A stretch of 64,000 bases of DNA from Epithemia pelagica. Taxonomy: Eukaryota; Protista; Bacillariophyta. How positions within the stretch are numbered: the stretch's first letter is position 1; every line of letters begins with the position of its first letter. The stretch covers positions 1,054,001-1,118,000 of the forward strand of contig OX337233.1 in the NCBI GenBank assembly GCA_946965045.2, written 5' to 3'. Of this stretch, positions 53,032 to 64,000 are shown piece by piece. The notes under the pieces were generated by a model that saw only the letters and a list, made by a program, of their open reading frames with translations, made no database searches and had not been told where the DNA came from. Both the position numbers and the translations under genes were made by a program.

Positions 53032-56000
53032 ATGTCATCGAAATCGAAAGAAACATCTCAGGTAAGTCGAATATCTGTCCTGGTGGGACGAAACTCTGTC
53101 CACCGATCGTCACTTCGTGGCCTCCGTAGTGTGTGTGGTAGTTTCGGTTCGCCGCCGCGGGGGAGGCCACACACTTTTGACGTGACGAATCGGTTGCTCC
53201 TTGTTGATTGAGGCAATGCCGATAACTTCTTTCTCCCAACTACCATGTTGGGAAGCTCTCCTTGTGACAGAGGGAACGCATGATCAGTTTTTGCATTGGT
53301 TGTAGACATGTTTGGTATATTGTTTGTCTCCAATGGTCTGATGCTCTATCTTTATTCTCCACAGACACCGGCTTCTCGCAAGTCTGGACGCAGCCCCAAA
53401 GTTAAGTCGTCCTTCGAGTTGCTTCCGACTTTTTCTCGTCCCGATAAAAAGAAAAGAAAATCTGCTTCCAAGGCGCCACCACATGCTAGTGCTGACGCCA
53501 ATCAATCCGCAGAAGATAATTCTTCCAAGAATGCTGCTGCCGCTGCAGTGGCCGTGGCAGAAAAGAGTGGCTCGGGTGATAAGGAGGCACCCAAAAGTCC
53601 ACCGACTCCACAACCTTCTGTTTCTAGTGGGGGAAAGCGGCAGAGCATTGGCAGCAATGGCAAAACCTATGCACAACTAGTGCAAGAGGCCATTGTGGCC
53701 CTGAAGGATCGGACCGGTAGCAGCATTCCTGCCATTAAGAAGTGGCTTTTGGCAGAGTACGATCATTTGGAGGATTCCAAGCATTTCAAACATTGTATCA
53801 ATCAGGCGATTAAGACCGGTACAGCACAGGGACGTTTTGAAAAGGTGCGATGCAGCTACAAGGTAACCGCCTCTTGGAAGGAAAAGGAACGAAACAAGAA
53901 ACGAAAATCGTTACAAATGGCGAAAGCCAAGGCTAATGGAGCAAAGAAGAGTGATGGAGGAGACAAAGGCCCCAACGAAGAAGTGAAGCGTGTACCCAAA
54001 ACGTACAAGGAATTGGTGAAGTACAACAAAGAAAAGCTTCGCGATCTGGAGAAGACAGTAAGTTCGGAGGAGTATCAGAAAGTACGTTCTCAAATGCAAA
54101 AGAAAGAACAGCAGCTATTCAAGAAAGAAGAAGCTGAGAGAAAAGAAAAGGAGCGCCTGGATCGTATTCGGAAACGGCGTTTTCCAATGGAAGACACCAA
54201 GTTGCATGAGGAGGATAAGGAATTGGGAGTGAAACCGCCTGCAGACGTGATGCCCCGTCCCACAGTACCTTATTTCTGGCAAATGGTTCTGCCTCTCAAC
54301 GATCCGGGCCGTCAGGGCAGAACATCCGATCATGTCCTACGATACAGCAAATCAGACGCCCTGGCACATGGCAGCCATGGACTGGTCTCTGATTTGCTCC
54401 AGGTGTACCACTTTTTTCGAGGGGACGTGCATTTCACTGGTGACACAGAGTCCGCCGAGCAAATTCTCCCCACGACGAAACGAAAACGGGGACAAGGCGG
54501 CAAGTCTGTTGAGGAACCCGGTTCGTCATTGATTGTGCCCGAATTTACCCTGTCCAATCTGATTTACTCCACGGAAGAACTCTTGAATGGGAATGGCAGA
54601 AAAAGCCGACTGGTGCCTCCTCTGATTTCGCATTTATTTGTCACGTGTTTGCAACTCTTGTGCCGAGCGCCTGAGGATGGAAAGATGGGCTCTTCCTCTC
54701 TCGGAAAAGACCCTCAAAAGTTGTTGCAATTCGAACTGAACAAATACCTTTTGCCCGCTCTTACGCCAGGAAGTTGGCCTGACGTGTGTCATCTTTACAT
54801 GGATGCGGTCGAGCGGTTTTATAGTACAGAATCAAGCAGAGATCCAGCAGTCTTACCTCCCCTCAACACGGATCTTTCCTACCTGTTTGGCCGAATTGAT
54901 GAACCTATCATTCCAATGACACCAGCACCCACAAAAACAAATGACAACGTGGAAGCGCGTGGCAGGGATCCGTTTCCTCTCCCCGAAGCATACGGTGCTT
55001 ATCTAGGGGACTTTCGAAGCGTTTTGTATCGTGCTCATGAAAAACTCGGTAGAATGGAGGCATGGTCACTCACAGCAGAGGAGTTGTTTGCTCTTCTCCG
55101 AGCCCTCACGGATGATTTACTAGCATTTTACCCTGGGATGGCGGAGAAAATTGCGCTTCGTGAGGATAAAATGTACGAGTTGTTGAAAGCCAAAAAGGCT
55201 GCGGATGCAAAGTTTCGAAAAGTGAAACTTGCATATGAAGGTCCGGCGAAACCAAAAAAGCCGCAAGAAACTTTGGGTTCTGGAGACAAAGATACCAACG
55301 AGGCAAGCAAAAGCAACGGTACAAACGGTGCGACTGAGGTCTCAGGAGCTCCAAAACCAACAGCAACAAAGAAAGAATATGAGACGGCGTTACGAATGCA
55401 ACAAAAAGCCAGTGATGCCTACGAAAAGGGAATTCGTCAACTTGTAGCACGAACTGAACCAGTTGGACACGATCGAAACCACAACGCCCTTTACTGCTTT
55501 CGCCGTGACCCCGAAGTTTTGTATGTAGAGGAACTACGCAACCCTTCAAACACCACGGAGCTCGCAGTTCCGGAAGAGTTCCAATTTCACCGTCGCTCTT
55601 GGCATGTCATTGAAACATCATCCTTGTTTGATTCGTTCACTTCCAGTCTTGATATCCGTGGCAAACGGGAGCAGGATCTCTACGAAACCATGCTAGGCCC
55701 CGCAGGTGGCCAGCAGTCGTTGCGACGATACTTGCACGACGATGTGAAAGACGAAGCTGAAAAATCAAGCCGCCGACGTGAAAAAGAGGCACTTTACAAA
55801 AGACTTGAAGTAGCAAAAGTGAAATGTGACGAAAAAGATAGACGCAGCGGTCGACTGGCTCACCAAGCAGAAGACGAACTTTCCCGAATCCAATCGGAAC
55901 TTGATAAGTTTGAGAAGCAACCCACACCTTCTGTGTCTGTTTCATCGACTGATGATATGACTGGCTTGACGGTACTGCGCTCTTTCGACACAGGCATTGA

Positions 56001-57438
56001 TCGAAGGGAAACAAGAAGATCACGAGAGAAGCATGCTTCCAGCCGACCAATTTCGCATCTTCCATGTAGCAATCTCGTTCCGTCTGGAAATATTGATGGC
56101 TCCGGAATTGTTGGGATCCTCGTTTCGCAATTACTCTCTGTGGAAGAAGCTTGCGAGGATGTTGCCCCCTGGCCAGAGGACAAGCGAAACGCATGGACCA
56201 CAAAGGTTGAGACATCTGTTCATTCGTGGTATACTGCATTGAATAATGTAGACCAGGTAGACAATGGATCGAAGGCGGGTATTTCTGATTCTCCCTACTC
56301 TGTGATGTCGAGTGGCAAGAAGCGTCGAGGGGGAGAAACACCTAATTCTCAAGCTGCCGGACTTCAATCTATAACGTCTGTGACGAACTCGTTGAAGCAA
56401 CCACTTTTGGAGCTCGAAGAGAGGGTGGCCGATATTTCAAATGTTGCGGTGATGAGCCGCGATGCCGAAATCGCCGACGAAAATATGTCAACAGACGGAT
56501 CTGGAGATGCACAGAATCGTGAGCTGGATGTCGCTTGGAAGAGAGAACTCCATCGCCTCAGAAGTACATCTTCCCGACAACATCTTAAAGTCCGCGAACT
56601 TTTGGTGAAAGCGATATCGCTGGCCAGAAAAGCCCATGCCTCAGACGTTGTTGCAGAACTTCGTGCGGCCCTACTTCTGCTACATCCAAATGCCGCTAGC
56701 GAGAGTCGACGAGCGGGAATAAGTCTGTTGGAAGCACATGGGGGTTTCGAGGGTCCTGAAATGGAAGAAGCGGACGAAGAAGATGACAGTGGGGAAGGCA
56801 AAGGGGAAGAAACTGTCTCTGTTCTTTGTGCCGAGGCTGCACTTCTCACTGGTTGTCTCGGGGGAAGCGAGGAGGCGACGAGGTACGATTGGATAGAGCT
56901 CGTGAAATCCTGCAAGACCCTTTCGAGACTTTCGTCGTTGACTGCTGGATTCGCTCACGTTGCCGAAGGGAAACTCGCAAAGATCACGGAAGAAAAAGAT
57001 GCTCTCATGGTTGCAATATCGACTTGGGAAAAAGAGGCTACTAGGAATCGCGCTGGGAAGAAACGTAGTCGAACGCAGGAAGATGAAACTGGACCCTCTG
57101 AGGTGTGGGCCGATGTAACATTTACAGACGAAATCTGTATGGTTAAGGCGGAGGAATGGCCATGGTGGCCAGCCAAGAAATGTAAAACCAAAGACGTGGA
57201 CTTGGGTAAGACGATTGCGTCATTGGGCCGTGTTTTGGTGGCCTTTATGGGTGAGATGGGAGGCCTTCGTATAGTTAAGAAGGACATGATTCGTCCGTTT
57301 ACCGGAGAGCCAATCGCGGAAGAAACTGATGTACCAAAGAAAACAAGAGTCCTCCTGGATGAATGTTTGGCCATGGCTCGCAGAATTCAGAGGGGATCCT
57401 CCAGTGGCACGAGGAAGTCCATTCGAGTAAAATCGTAG
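53032..57438 (+). CDS. Chromatin protein: linker-histone H1/H15 globular domain + DDT + WHIM + PWWP; intron 53062-53364
   Basis: KTYAQLVQEAIVALKDRTGSSIPAIKKW (H15); DLLQVYHFF (DDT-like); ELFALLRALTDDLL (WHIM1-like); RTEPVGHDRNHNALY...SLDIRGKREQDL (WHIM2/3-like); VKAEEWPWWPA (PWWP). A 30-nt first exon ends CAG|GTAAGT. Confidence 0.8.
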
Positions 57439-57985
57439 TTATAACGGTGTACTCGTAGTTATAGTGTTACCACCGCCCACAAGCACCCGTTTGGTTTTGG
57501 TGGGCGTCTGTCCCAGACGTCGTGAATGACGAGATCTCCAATTCTATTTTACTAGGACCCTTGTACACGCAAGGACTCGTACCGTTCGTAATGCATAGGA
57601 CAACCATATCCGTCGGGAGGAACTGATTCGTCGCTGCAGGAGTCTGTGGTAGCATTGCGAGTTGAGAGAGCAAGTCCATTCGAAAGAAGTCTTAATACCA
57701 TAATGTTGATTGGATAATTCTCTTTCGAGTTTCTTTCTTTAGTCTCGTTGCTGATAGTTCTACTTCGAAAGCCTTCGCGTTTCTCAGAATGCCTTGCTTT
57801 CTAAAACCGAACAGCTTGTGCAGCAAATTTACACTTTCTATGTATTATAACCTAATGTGGAGGATGGGTTCAGTTGCGAGGACCAGTTTCTTGCAGGGAA
57901 TTGGTAGTCCAATCATCGCATTTCTGGAGGTATGTGGAACGTGCTATCATCCATGACAAAGAGCGCGCATTGTTTTTGGTGTAGT

Positions 57986-60682
57986 TCACTCTCCTAGTTT
58001 CAGCTGCCAATCTGTCACGCATGTGTCCAGATCTTTCATCACCACATGACTTCCCATGGTCGTCATGAAACTTCCTTGGATGATCATGGCACGTGGTTCC
58101 AAGGATTCCAATGCAGAAGAAAACGGCTTGTTGTTCAAGTCTGACAGGTCCACCATACACGGTACATCTTCGACAATCGAGTCAACCTTGACAATGAACA
58201 CACGAAATCCGCGGAAATAACGATCCGAGGAATAATCCGACACGCGCAGGGGAAGAATGAGCCGTCCCGTTTCCGGATTGAACCGAATCGCATTCTTATT
58301 TCGCAACCCTTCGGAATCGGACCAAATGTTGGAACTCGTTTCAATGAGAAACCGGGCGGAAATTCGGACATTGTCCAAATCACGGGCATCAAACACAGAG
58401 ATGGACATGCCCAGGACTCTTCCTCGTTCGTCCGCCTCCTGGCCAATGGCCAACATCACTGATTTGTCATCATTCATGGGTTCTAGATAGCTACTCCATC
58501 CTGTAATATTGTCCAGTTCTCCGGCAATCACGAGGTTGTATGGATCGCTCGTGTCCAGAACATAAAAGGGATCCATACGAAGAAAGGTGACGGCATAGGC
58601 CTTGTCCTTATAGAATCGCACCGTCGTAAAGACTTCCCCTTCTTTTCCCAATTTGAGACGATCCATTTCTTGCATTCTCCCCTTTTTGCCTTGCAAATCC
58701 ATGGTAATGACCCAATTCTCGGTTTTAGGGACAGTGAACACAACATCTTGTCGTTGCTGCAGTTGTCGACGCCCCCGCAACAACCAGGCAGGTTCTCGTC
58801 TCCACCAGGTCCATTGCTCTTGAATTGTAGTGGCTACTTGTAGGACGGAATCCTGGACACGAAAGGAGTACTGGCCCATGACGTTTCCTTGTACATTGCC
58901 CAGGGCCTTGGGGGTTGAGACTGCTTCATTCAAATCATAGGCTACAAGAAAGGTGGATCGGACATAGCGTTTCTGCGGGGCTTGATAATCGTATCCCTCG
59001 GTGGCTACTACCAACGTGTCATTGGCGGCATACACCTTGGTACTCCATGGCGCGGCTGGGAAGAACGTGGCCGTCGATCGAAGACACTGCAAGGCCTTGC
59101 CCTGACCCGATTGAACGTCTTGCAAATCAAAGGAATAAATGCTCATGAGTGATTGCGCAAAGCCCATATTGTAGAGATAATGTTCCAAGCCCGAAGCTGC
59201 CTTGGGTGTGGCTTCGGTCGCCCATCGGTTGAGCCGTACCATGCGTGGCAATTCGTTGCATTCGCTAAGTTCTTGTGACAATAGCTTGACAAAGGTGGGA
59301 ATCACTTCTTGAGTCGCCACTTCTCGGACTCGATTGGTGTAGGCAGCGTCATCCAAACCCTCAAAGGTGGGTCGGTAGCGCACCATGGGTTCAAAGAGAA
59401 AAAAGAAAAAGTCGAGCGTCGAGCTCGTCACGACATGAACACTCGTACCAATGGATCGAATGGATTGATAGCTCCCATGAATATCCTTGCTTTCCAGGAG
59501 TCGAAGCTCAACGCCTGGTTTATCCTCAAAAGTCTGAATTTCATAGACGAGCAGTCGAGTTTCTCGATAGGAATTGAGAATCCGTGACGTTTCAATTCGG
59601 GAATGAAGTCGTACGCCTCCCACTACGACCACCAACTGATTATCCTGGAGTAAGAGCGTGTGAATGCGAATATATTGTGCTTCTTCTTTGGATTCTTGAT
59701 CAGTCAGAGACAGTTCGAGCAACAATTTACCATCTGTCACATTCCAGCACACCAGAGAACTACCATAGGACGCCACAGCTGTATGTAAAACAAGTACAAT
59801 AGAATGAGAAATGGGGGAGAAGTATCCAAGAACAGCACATTGTCATGGAATGCTCTTACCAATCTTTCCATCCGTGACCACTTGATCTCCTTCGTGTACT
59901 CCATCTTCCTGATTGTTGGTTTCAAAGTCATTGACATCGTTTCCTACGCTCTCTTTTTGAGTCGGAGGAGGAGCGGCCGACCGCGGAGTTGCACTCATGG
60001 TCATGGTAGGAGCACCGTCTTCCATCATATCAATCGCCGCAATACCCGTCAATCCAAAGGAGGAATAGGCATCGACACCTAGTTGTTGTCCTACAACACC
60101 ATTGATATAGGATTTTGCCACTTTGGTCAAGTCGGCTTCAAATTCCTCTGGAGTCGCATATCCGTCGAGTACTTGTTCGGAAAGCAAGGGTACTTGATGT
60201 TCCTTGTCGTTCTCATTGAAAGGAGGATTGTAGGGTAGTTCAAAGTTATCCTCGCCGGAATGGCCCTTGAGAAGTGCCAATGGTACAATCAGGGCTGTCG
60301 CAACGAGGACCAACAGGACGAGCACAAAGAGAGTCCATCGTGTGGCACTGCAATGAATCACAATGGGTCGATCTGTTGTGGCAGACTTGGCGGCCGCCAC
60401 TGTGGGTTCCACCATTTCTCCTTCTTCTTCTTCCTGGTCCGTCACTACGGTTGCCACGGGCGTAGCACTATGAATCACAAAAGTCTCATCCTCCTCCACA
60501 ACGACCTCAGCCTTGGTGGCAGTGGTTACAGGATCTGGAGAAGACAAAGTCGTTGCTGCTGCCGCCGTGGCTGTCTCGTTGTTCTGGTTGGAAGACATTA
60601 TGGTTCCATCTCCTCCTTGTTGCTGTTGCTCTTGTTCTTGCGTGGCTACTTGGTTGTAGGTGGATCGCAAGATTCGCAACAT
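57986..60682 (-). CDS. Type II membrane protein with a Beta_propel-like C-terminal domain; intron 59779-59859
   Basis: FETNNQEDGVHEGDQVVTDG, QYSF...LQVATT, KEGEVFTTVRF...AYAVTFLRMDPFYVLD, GELDNITGWSSYLEPM, LAIGQE; one transmembrane segment; GTAAG...CATACAG intron. Confidence 0.85.
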
Positions 60683-61091
60683 GTCTGTGCAGAGTAGTCA
60701 ATACAATAGCCCACTGGTTGATCATCCACACGAAGTATTCGCTGTGATAGATTCTATAACTTGGTGATGGTGTCAAACCAGAAACAGAAGCAATTGCACG
60801 CGTGTGTACGACGGTTCTGTGGTATCCTTTGGCACGATTCCCCACGAAAGCGAATTCCGAAAAATCCAAACGCATATAAGACGCTTTTAGATCGTTCTTA
60901 ATGCTTCGGCCTTTCCGTCCGTGCGTCGCCCTATAGGGTAATCTCGGGTTTTCAGGAGAACTAAAAAACCTGCACAACCATGGGCTGGAATCGGGGCTTG
61001 TCTTTTCCGACCGTGACGACATGAACACAACACAACAGTCCTGTAACGAAATGGAGGAATGGCCTCCTTCATTGGGTGCATGGCGTGAGTC

Positions 61092-61340
61092 GCATATATC
61101 GGTTGTGCTCTGGACGCCATTCTGGAACGGGCGGTACAGACGGTCGTTGTGTTGGGAGGTCTACGACAGAACCTCAAAGCTGTAACCAATTCCATTCTCG
61201 TGTATTGAACATGGATGAGAACATGCAGTTGTGGGAAGGACAGGATCATTCAGCTGTGATGGTATTCAACGGAGGAATGCATGTGATTGGAGGATGGAAT
61301 GCGAGTTCCCACGTGGGCCTTGTAGAACGCATTCATGACG
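61092..61340 (+). pseudogene. Decayed Kelch-repeat paralog of the gene at 714
   Basis: Frameshifted pieces YISVVL / QTVVVLGG...TNSI / RVLNM...W..DHSAVMVFNGGMHVIGG match MYASVVL...QTVVVLGG...TNSVHVLNL...DHAAVVCNGGVYVIGG at 714. Confidence 0.75.
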
Positions 61341-61679
61341 AAGTTGGTGCAAGCATCACAGGCAGTTGGATAGCGATAGTATATACTTCCTGTTTTCGTC
61401 CTCTACTTTACATTCTTATCTATAGAGATCCTGTGAATCCCATTACTAGTTTTTCATAACTCAAAAAAGGACCAAAAGATTGGAACACGCTTACCAGGAC
61501 GGCTTGCTGTTGTTCCATGGACTTGCCATGTTTGACTACATTACCTCGGCAGATCCATTCCACTTGTATCGACTTTCGCCATGTAGTGAACCAGCACCTA
61601 CAGCAATGTTGTTGGGAGCCTTAAAACCATTTCGAGCGTCCCATTTCCTCCACCCAAGACAACGGTCCTCGTGTATGCC

Positions 61680-63227
61680 TTATTCCACGACGGTGGAAAA
61701 TGGATAGTGGAACATTCTCATCAATTCGGGATTCAAAGTGGGCAGTACGACAGACGAGAGGTAGGTTCGATCAAATCGTTTCGTTCGTCCACTCCGACGT
61801 CCGGATTGGACCATGGCTTCGACCAATCCATGATGACTTCCATGATTCTTGCTTTGTTCGCGCACATATTGGAATTTGCCTCTTGGAGAGTGTTGGTGCG
61901 GAGGGGACGGTATGTCGGATGCATGGTGGGATGGTGGATCAAACAAGAGATCCATACCTGCACATTCCGCAATGGCTTGTATCACAGCTGGTGCATGAAA
62001 CAACAAATCTTCAAACCGAATTGCAATGTAGGGTTTGCCTTCCAAATCCTCTTTTGAATACTCGTCTGTCATTGTATGGTTCACGCTATTTTGGGAGGTT
62101 CCAGGTCTTTGCAATGACTCGGGAAGCAAGTATTCCAAGTACCATTGATTCCACATGTGGGCCAGAGTGGGATAGGTCATTCTTGTTTTGGGCGTGGAGG
62201 CTTTGATGACATGGTCAATGGTTTGGTTGGGTCGATGACTGGGTTCCAAAACGGAAAGGAACACGCGTAGTTGATTAGCGTCAATCATGTTGGGACAATT
62301 GTTGTATCCAGCCCGAACTCCATGACGGGACGCGGCCGACACTCGTACCGTACGAGTGGTCTGGAAGGAAACAGTCTCGTTTCGGGAAAAGTAGACCTCA
62401 CTTTTCACACGGTTCCAGACGACATCGTAGGGACTGGAACAAACGGATTGCATCCATCGATACGGGTCCCGAACAATCACGACCCGAAGAAACTCGGGCT
62501 CGGCGGAAGGGTTCGAGGATTGTGGAGAGGGTGGCCGTTTTTGGTATCGACCCGCATGCTTGTTGTCGAAAAAGTTGAGTACGGTGGCTTTCAGGTCTTC
62601 ATTCCAGGCATAGGGCCAGGTTGCTCGCATTTCCTCCGAGGCATTGTGATAAAACCAGTTATCCTTCAATTGCGCCAAATTCAAACGCAAGAGCTTGACC
62701 AAGGCATTGGTGCCCGTGTTGTAAAGACCCGAAATCACGGGAAGGAGCACGGATGAGTTCTTGGTTGAATCGTTTCTCAATGAATCCACGGAGCGCCGTA
62801 TCGGACATTGCCGAATGATGCGTGGTTCCGCACCGTACAATTGCACCATTTCCGACCAAAACGGAAGTACGGGATACGTTCGTCTGGCACGGCTCGTATC
62901 ATTGGTATCCTTCTTGCGGTGATGATTCTCCAGGCAGAACTGTTCGGCATTGGGAACTCCGGCGTCGACCAGAATACGCCAAAATTGTTGACGACCTTCA
63001 CATTCCGGCGGATAGACTGGTTCTTGAAACGTGGGGGCATGGCTGACGACTTGAGGTGTTGTTGTCGCCTCGACAGGTCTTGTGGTGATCCACCACGTCC
63101 TAGTGAACTGGAAATTGCGACACAGATTCAAGAGACAAAAGAAACTGATGGCAACAATCGACGATAGATTACGACCTCGCAGACAAGCTGCTTTATTTGT
63201 GCCTGGTGGAGGAGAATTGTTTTTCAT
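61680..63227 (-). CDS. Sulfotransferase-like type II membrane protein
   Basis: N-terminal transmembrane segment; 5'-PAPS-loop-like ISGLYNTGTNAL; VVIVRDPYRWMQS; IRFEDLL. Confidence 0.75.
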   Translation of the reverse strand: MKNNSPPPGTNKAACLRGRNLSSIVAISFFCLLNLCRNFQFTRTWWITTRPVEATTTPQVVSHAPTFQEPVYPPECEGRQQFWRILVDAGVPNAEQFCLENHHRKKDTNDTSRARRTYPVLPFWSEMVQLYGAEPRIIRQCPIRRSVDSLRNDSTKNSSVLLPVISGLYNTGTNALVKLLRLNLAQLKDNWFYHNASEEMRATWPYAWNEDLKATVLNFFDNKHAGRYQKRPPSPQSSNPSAEPEFLRVVIVRDPYRWMQSVCSSPYDVVWNRVKSEVYFSRNETVSFQTTRTVRVSAASRHGVRAGYNNCPNMIDANQLRVFLSVLEPSHRPNQTIDHVIKASTPKTRMTYPTLAHMWNQWYLEYLLPESLQRPGTSQNSVNHTMTDEYSKEDLEGKPYIAIRFEDLLFHAPAVIQAIAECAGMDLLFDPPSHHASDIPSPPHQHSPRGKFQYVREQSKNHGSHHGLVEAMVQSGRRSGRTKRFDRTYLSSVVLPTLNPELMRMFHYPFSTVVE

Positions 63228-64000
63228 GCTTCACTACCAAGGTACTTGTTTTGCCTTGTCGACTCCCTCTTGGCTGTTGAGTGCCTGGTCGTTCTGATGT
63301 TGTGGGGGAAGACGCAAAGAATGGCCGTCAAGAGATCGGTCGGCGTGGTTGTCACATTCCCGTCTCGCTCGCTATCACTACTCATCTGTTACAATCCATT
63401 ATAACTACGAGAAATTTAGATTGATTTATATGTGATGACGCTCAGGTGTTTTCGTTTGTGCCTTGCTACCAGCATCCAAATCCATACTTCTACCGCTAGC
63501 ACTCCTCGTGGGCACAAGGGAAGATAAGATAACGATCTCTACAATTAGATCCTCCTAGAGTCCTGTCGGCTTACTCTCCCAGGCCCAGGACGAGCTATCG
63601 GTGTACTGAGATGACATCCATATCAGAACGATATCTGATATCTCCACTTATTCTTCCTACACGTCTCCTTGAGGACAAGCTGTACCACTAAGTTGCAAGC
63701 ATGGCTACCAAGAAGTGCATCACGTAGACGAGGAGTGAAATTCTGACGAGACTTCCTGAATCGCGATGGACAGCTTCTCGTTCCCAAGTCTCTCGGATGC
63801 TTCCTTCGCTCTCAGGAGCAAGGAACAAACATCTTGGTGTTCTCTTCCATTGCTTTGTAAGATTCGAGTCACCCGCGAGATTCTCTTCACTGTTTGGACA
63901 AGACAATGCCATTGATCCTCATTGGCCTCATTCCACCCAACATCTTGAACTTCATACGACAATGCATCTACCAGACCTTTGATGCCAATCTCAATGATTT

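Noticed and set aside
63688-64000. Short ORFs at the window end
   Set aside because: No motifs, and they may be truncated by the window boundary.

Overview
Eukaryotic genomic DNA, most likely a pennate diatom (inferred from the gene families and the short GT-AG introns; the species cannot be determined). A core-gene block (tRNA-Phe, DYRK1-type kinase, SEC15, CDC16; 19-30 kb) lies between accessory regions rich in transposons, decayed genes and local duplications. The strongest signals are: (1) a 5,909-bp DNA transposon (10128-16036) with TA...TA ends, ~85-bp TIRs and a perfect 10-bp TSD. It encodes an Academ-type transposase and a convergent RecQ-like helicase, i.e. an AcademH-like element. 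A 745-bp non-autonomous relative (46822-47566, 9-bp TSD) and several decayed termini accompany it. (2) A full-length 8.4-kb APE-RT-RNase H non-LTR retrotransposon (31208-39609) with an 18-bp TSD and a T-run 3' end. On its 3' side is a short structured, B-box-containing element sharing its 3' tail (candidate SINE). On its 5' side is a 157-bp-arm palindrome whose loop holds a third copy of the target site. (3) An NLR-like gene with two TIR/HET-like-TPR modules, ankyrins and a degenerate NB-ARC-like tail. Other genes: Kelch, MATE, MFS, Crinkler/RHS-like pseudogene, GPCR-like, globin with a B12.2 intron, CPA2 antiporter, H1-DDT-WHIM-PWWP protein, beta-propeller protein and sulfotransferase-like protein. 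All protein assignments are by visual motif recognition only; no database searches were run. Many single-base frameshifts may be assembly errors.
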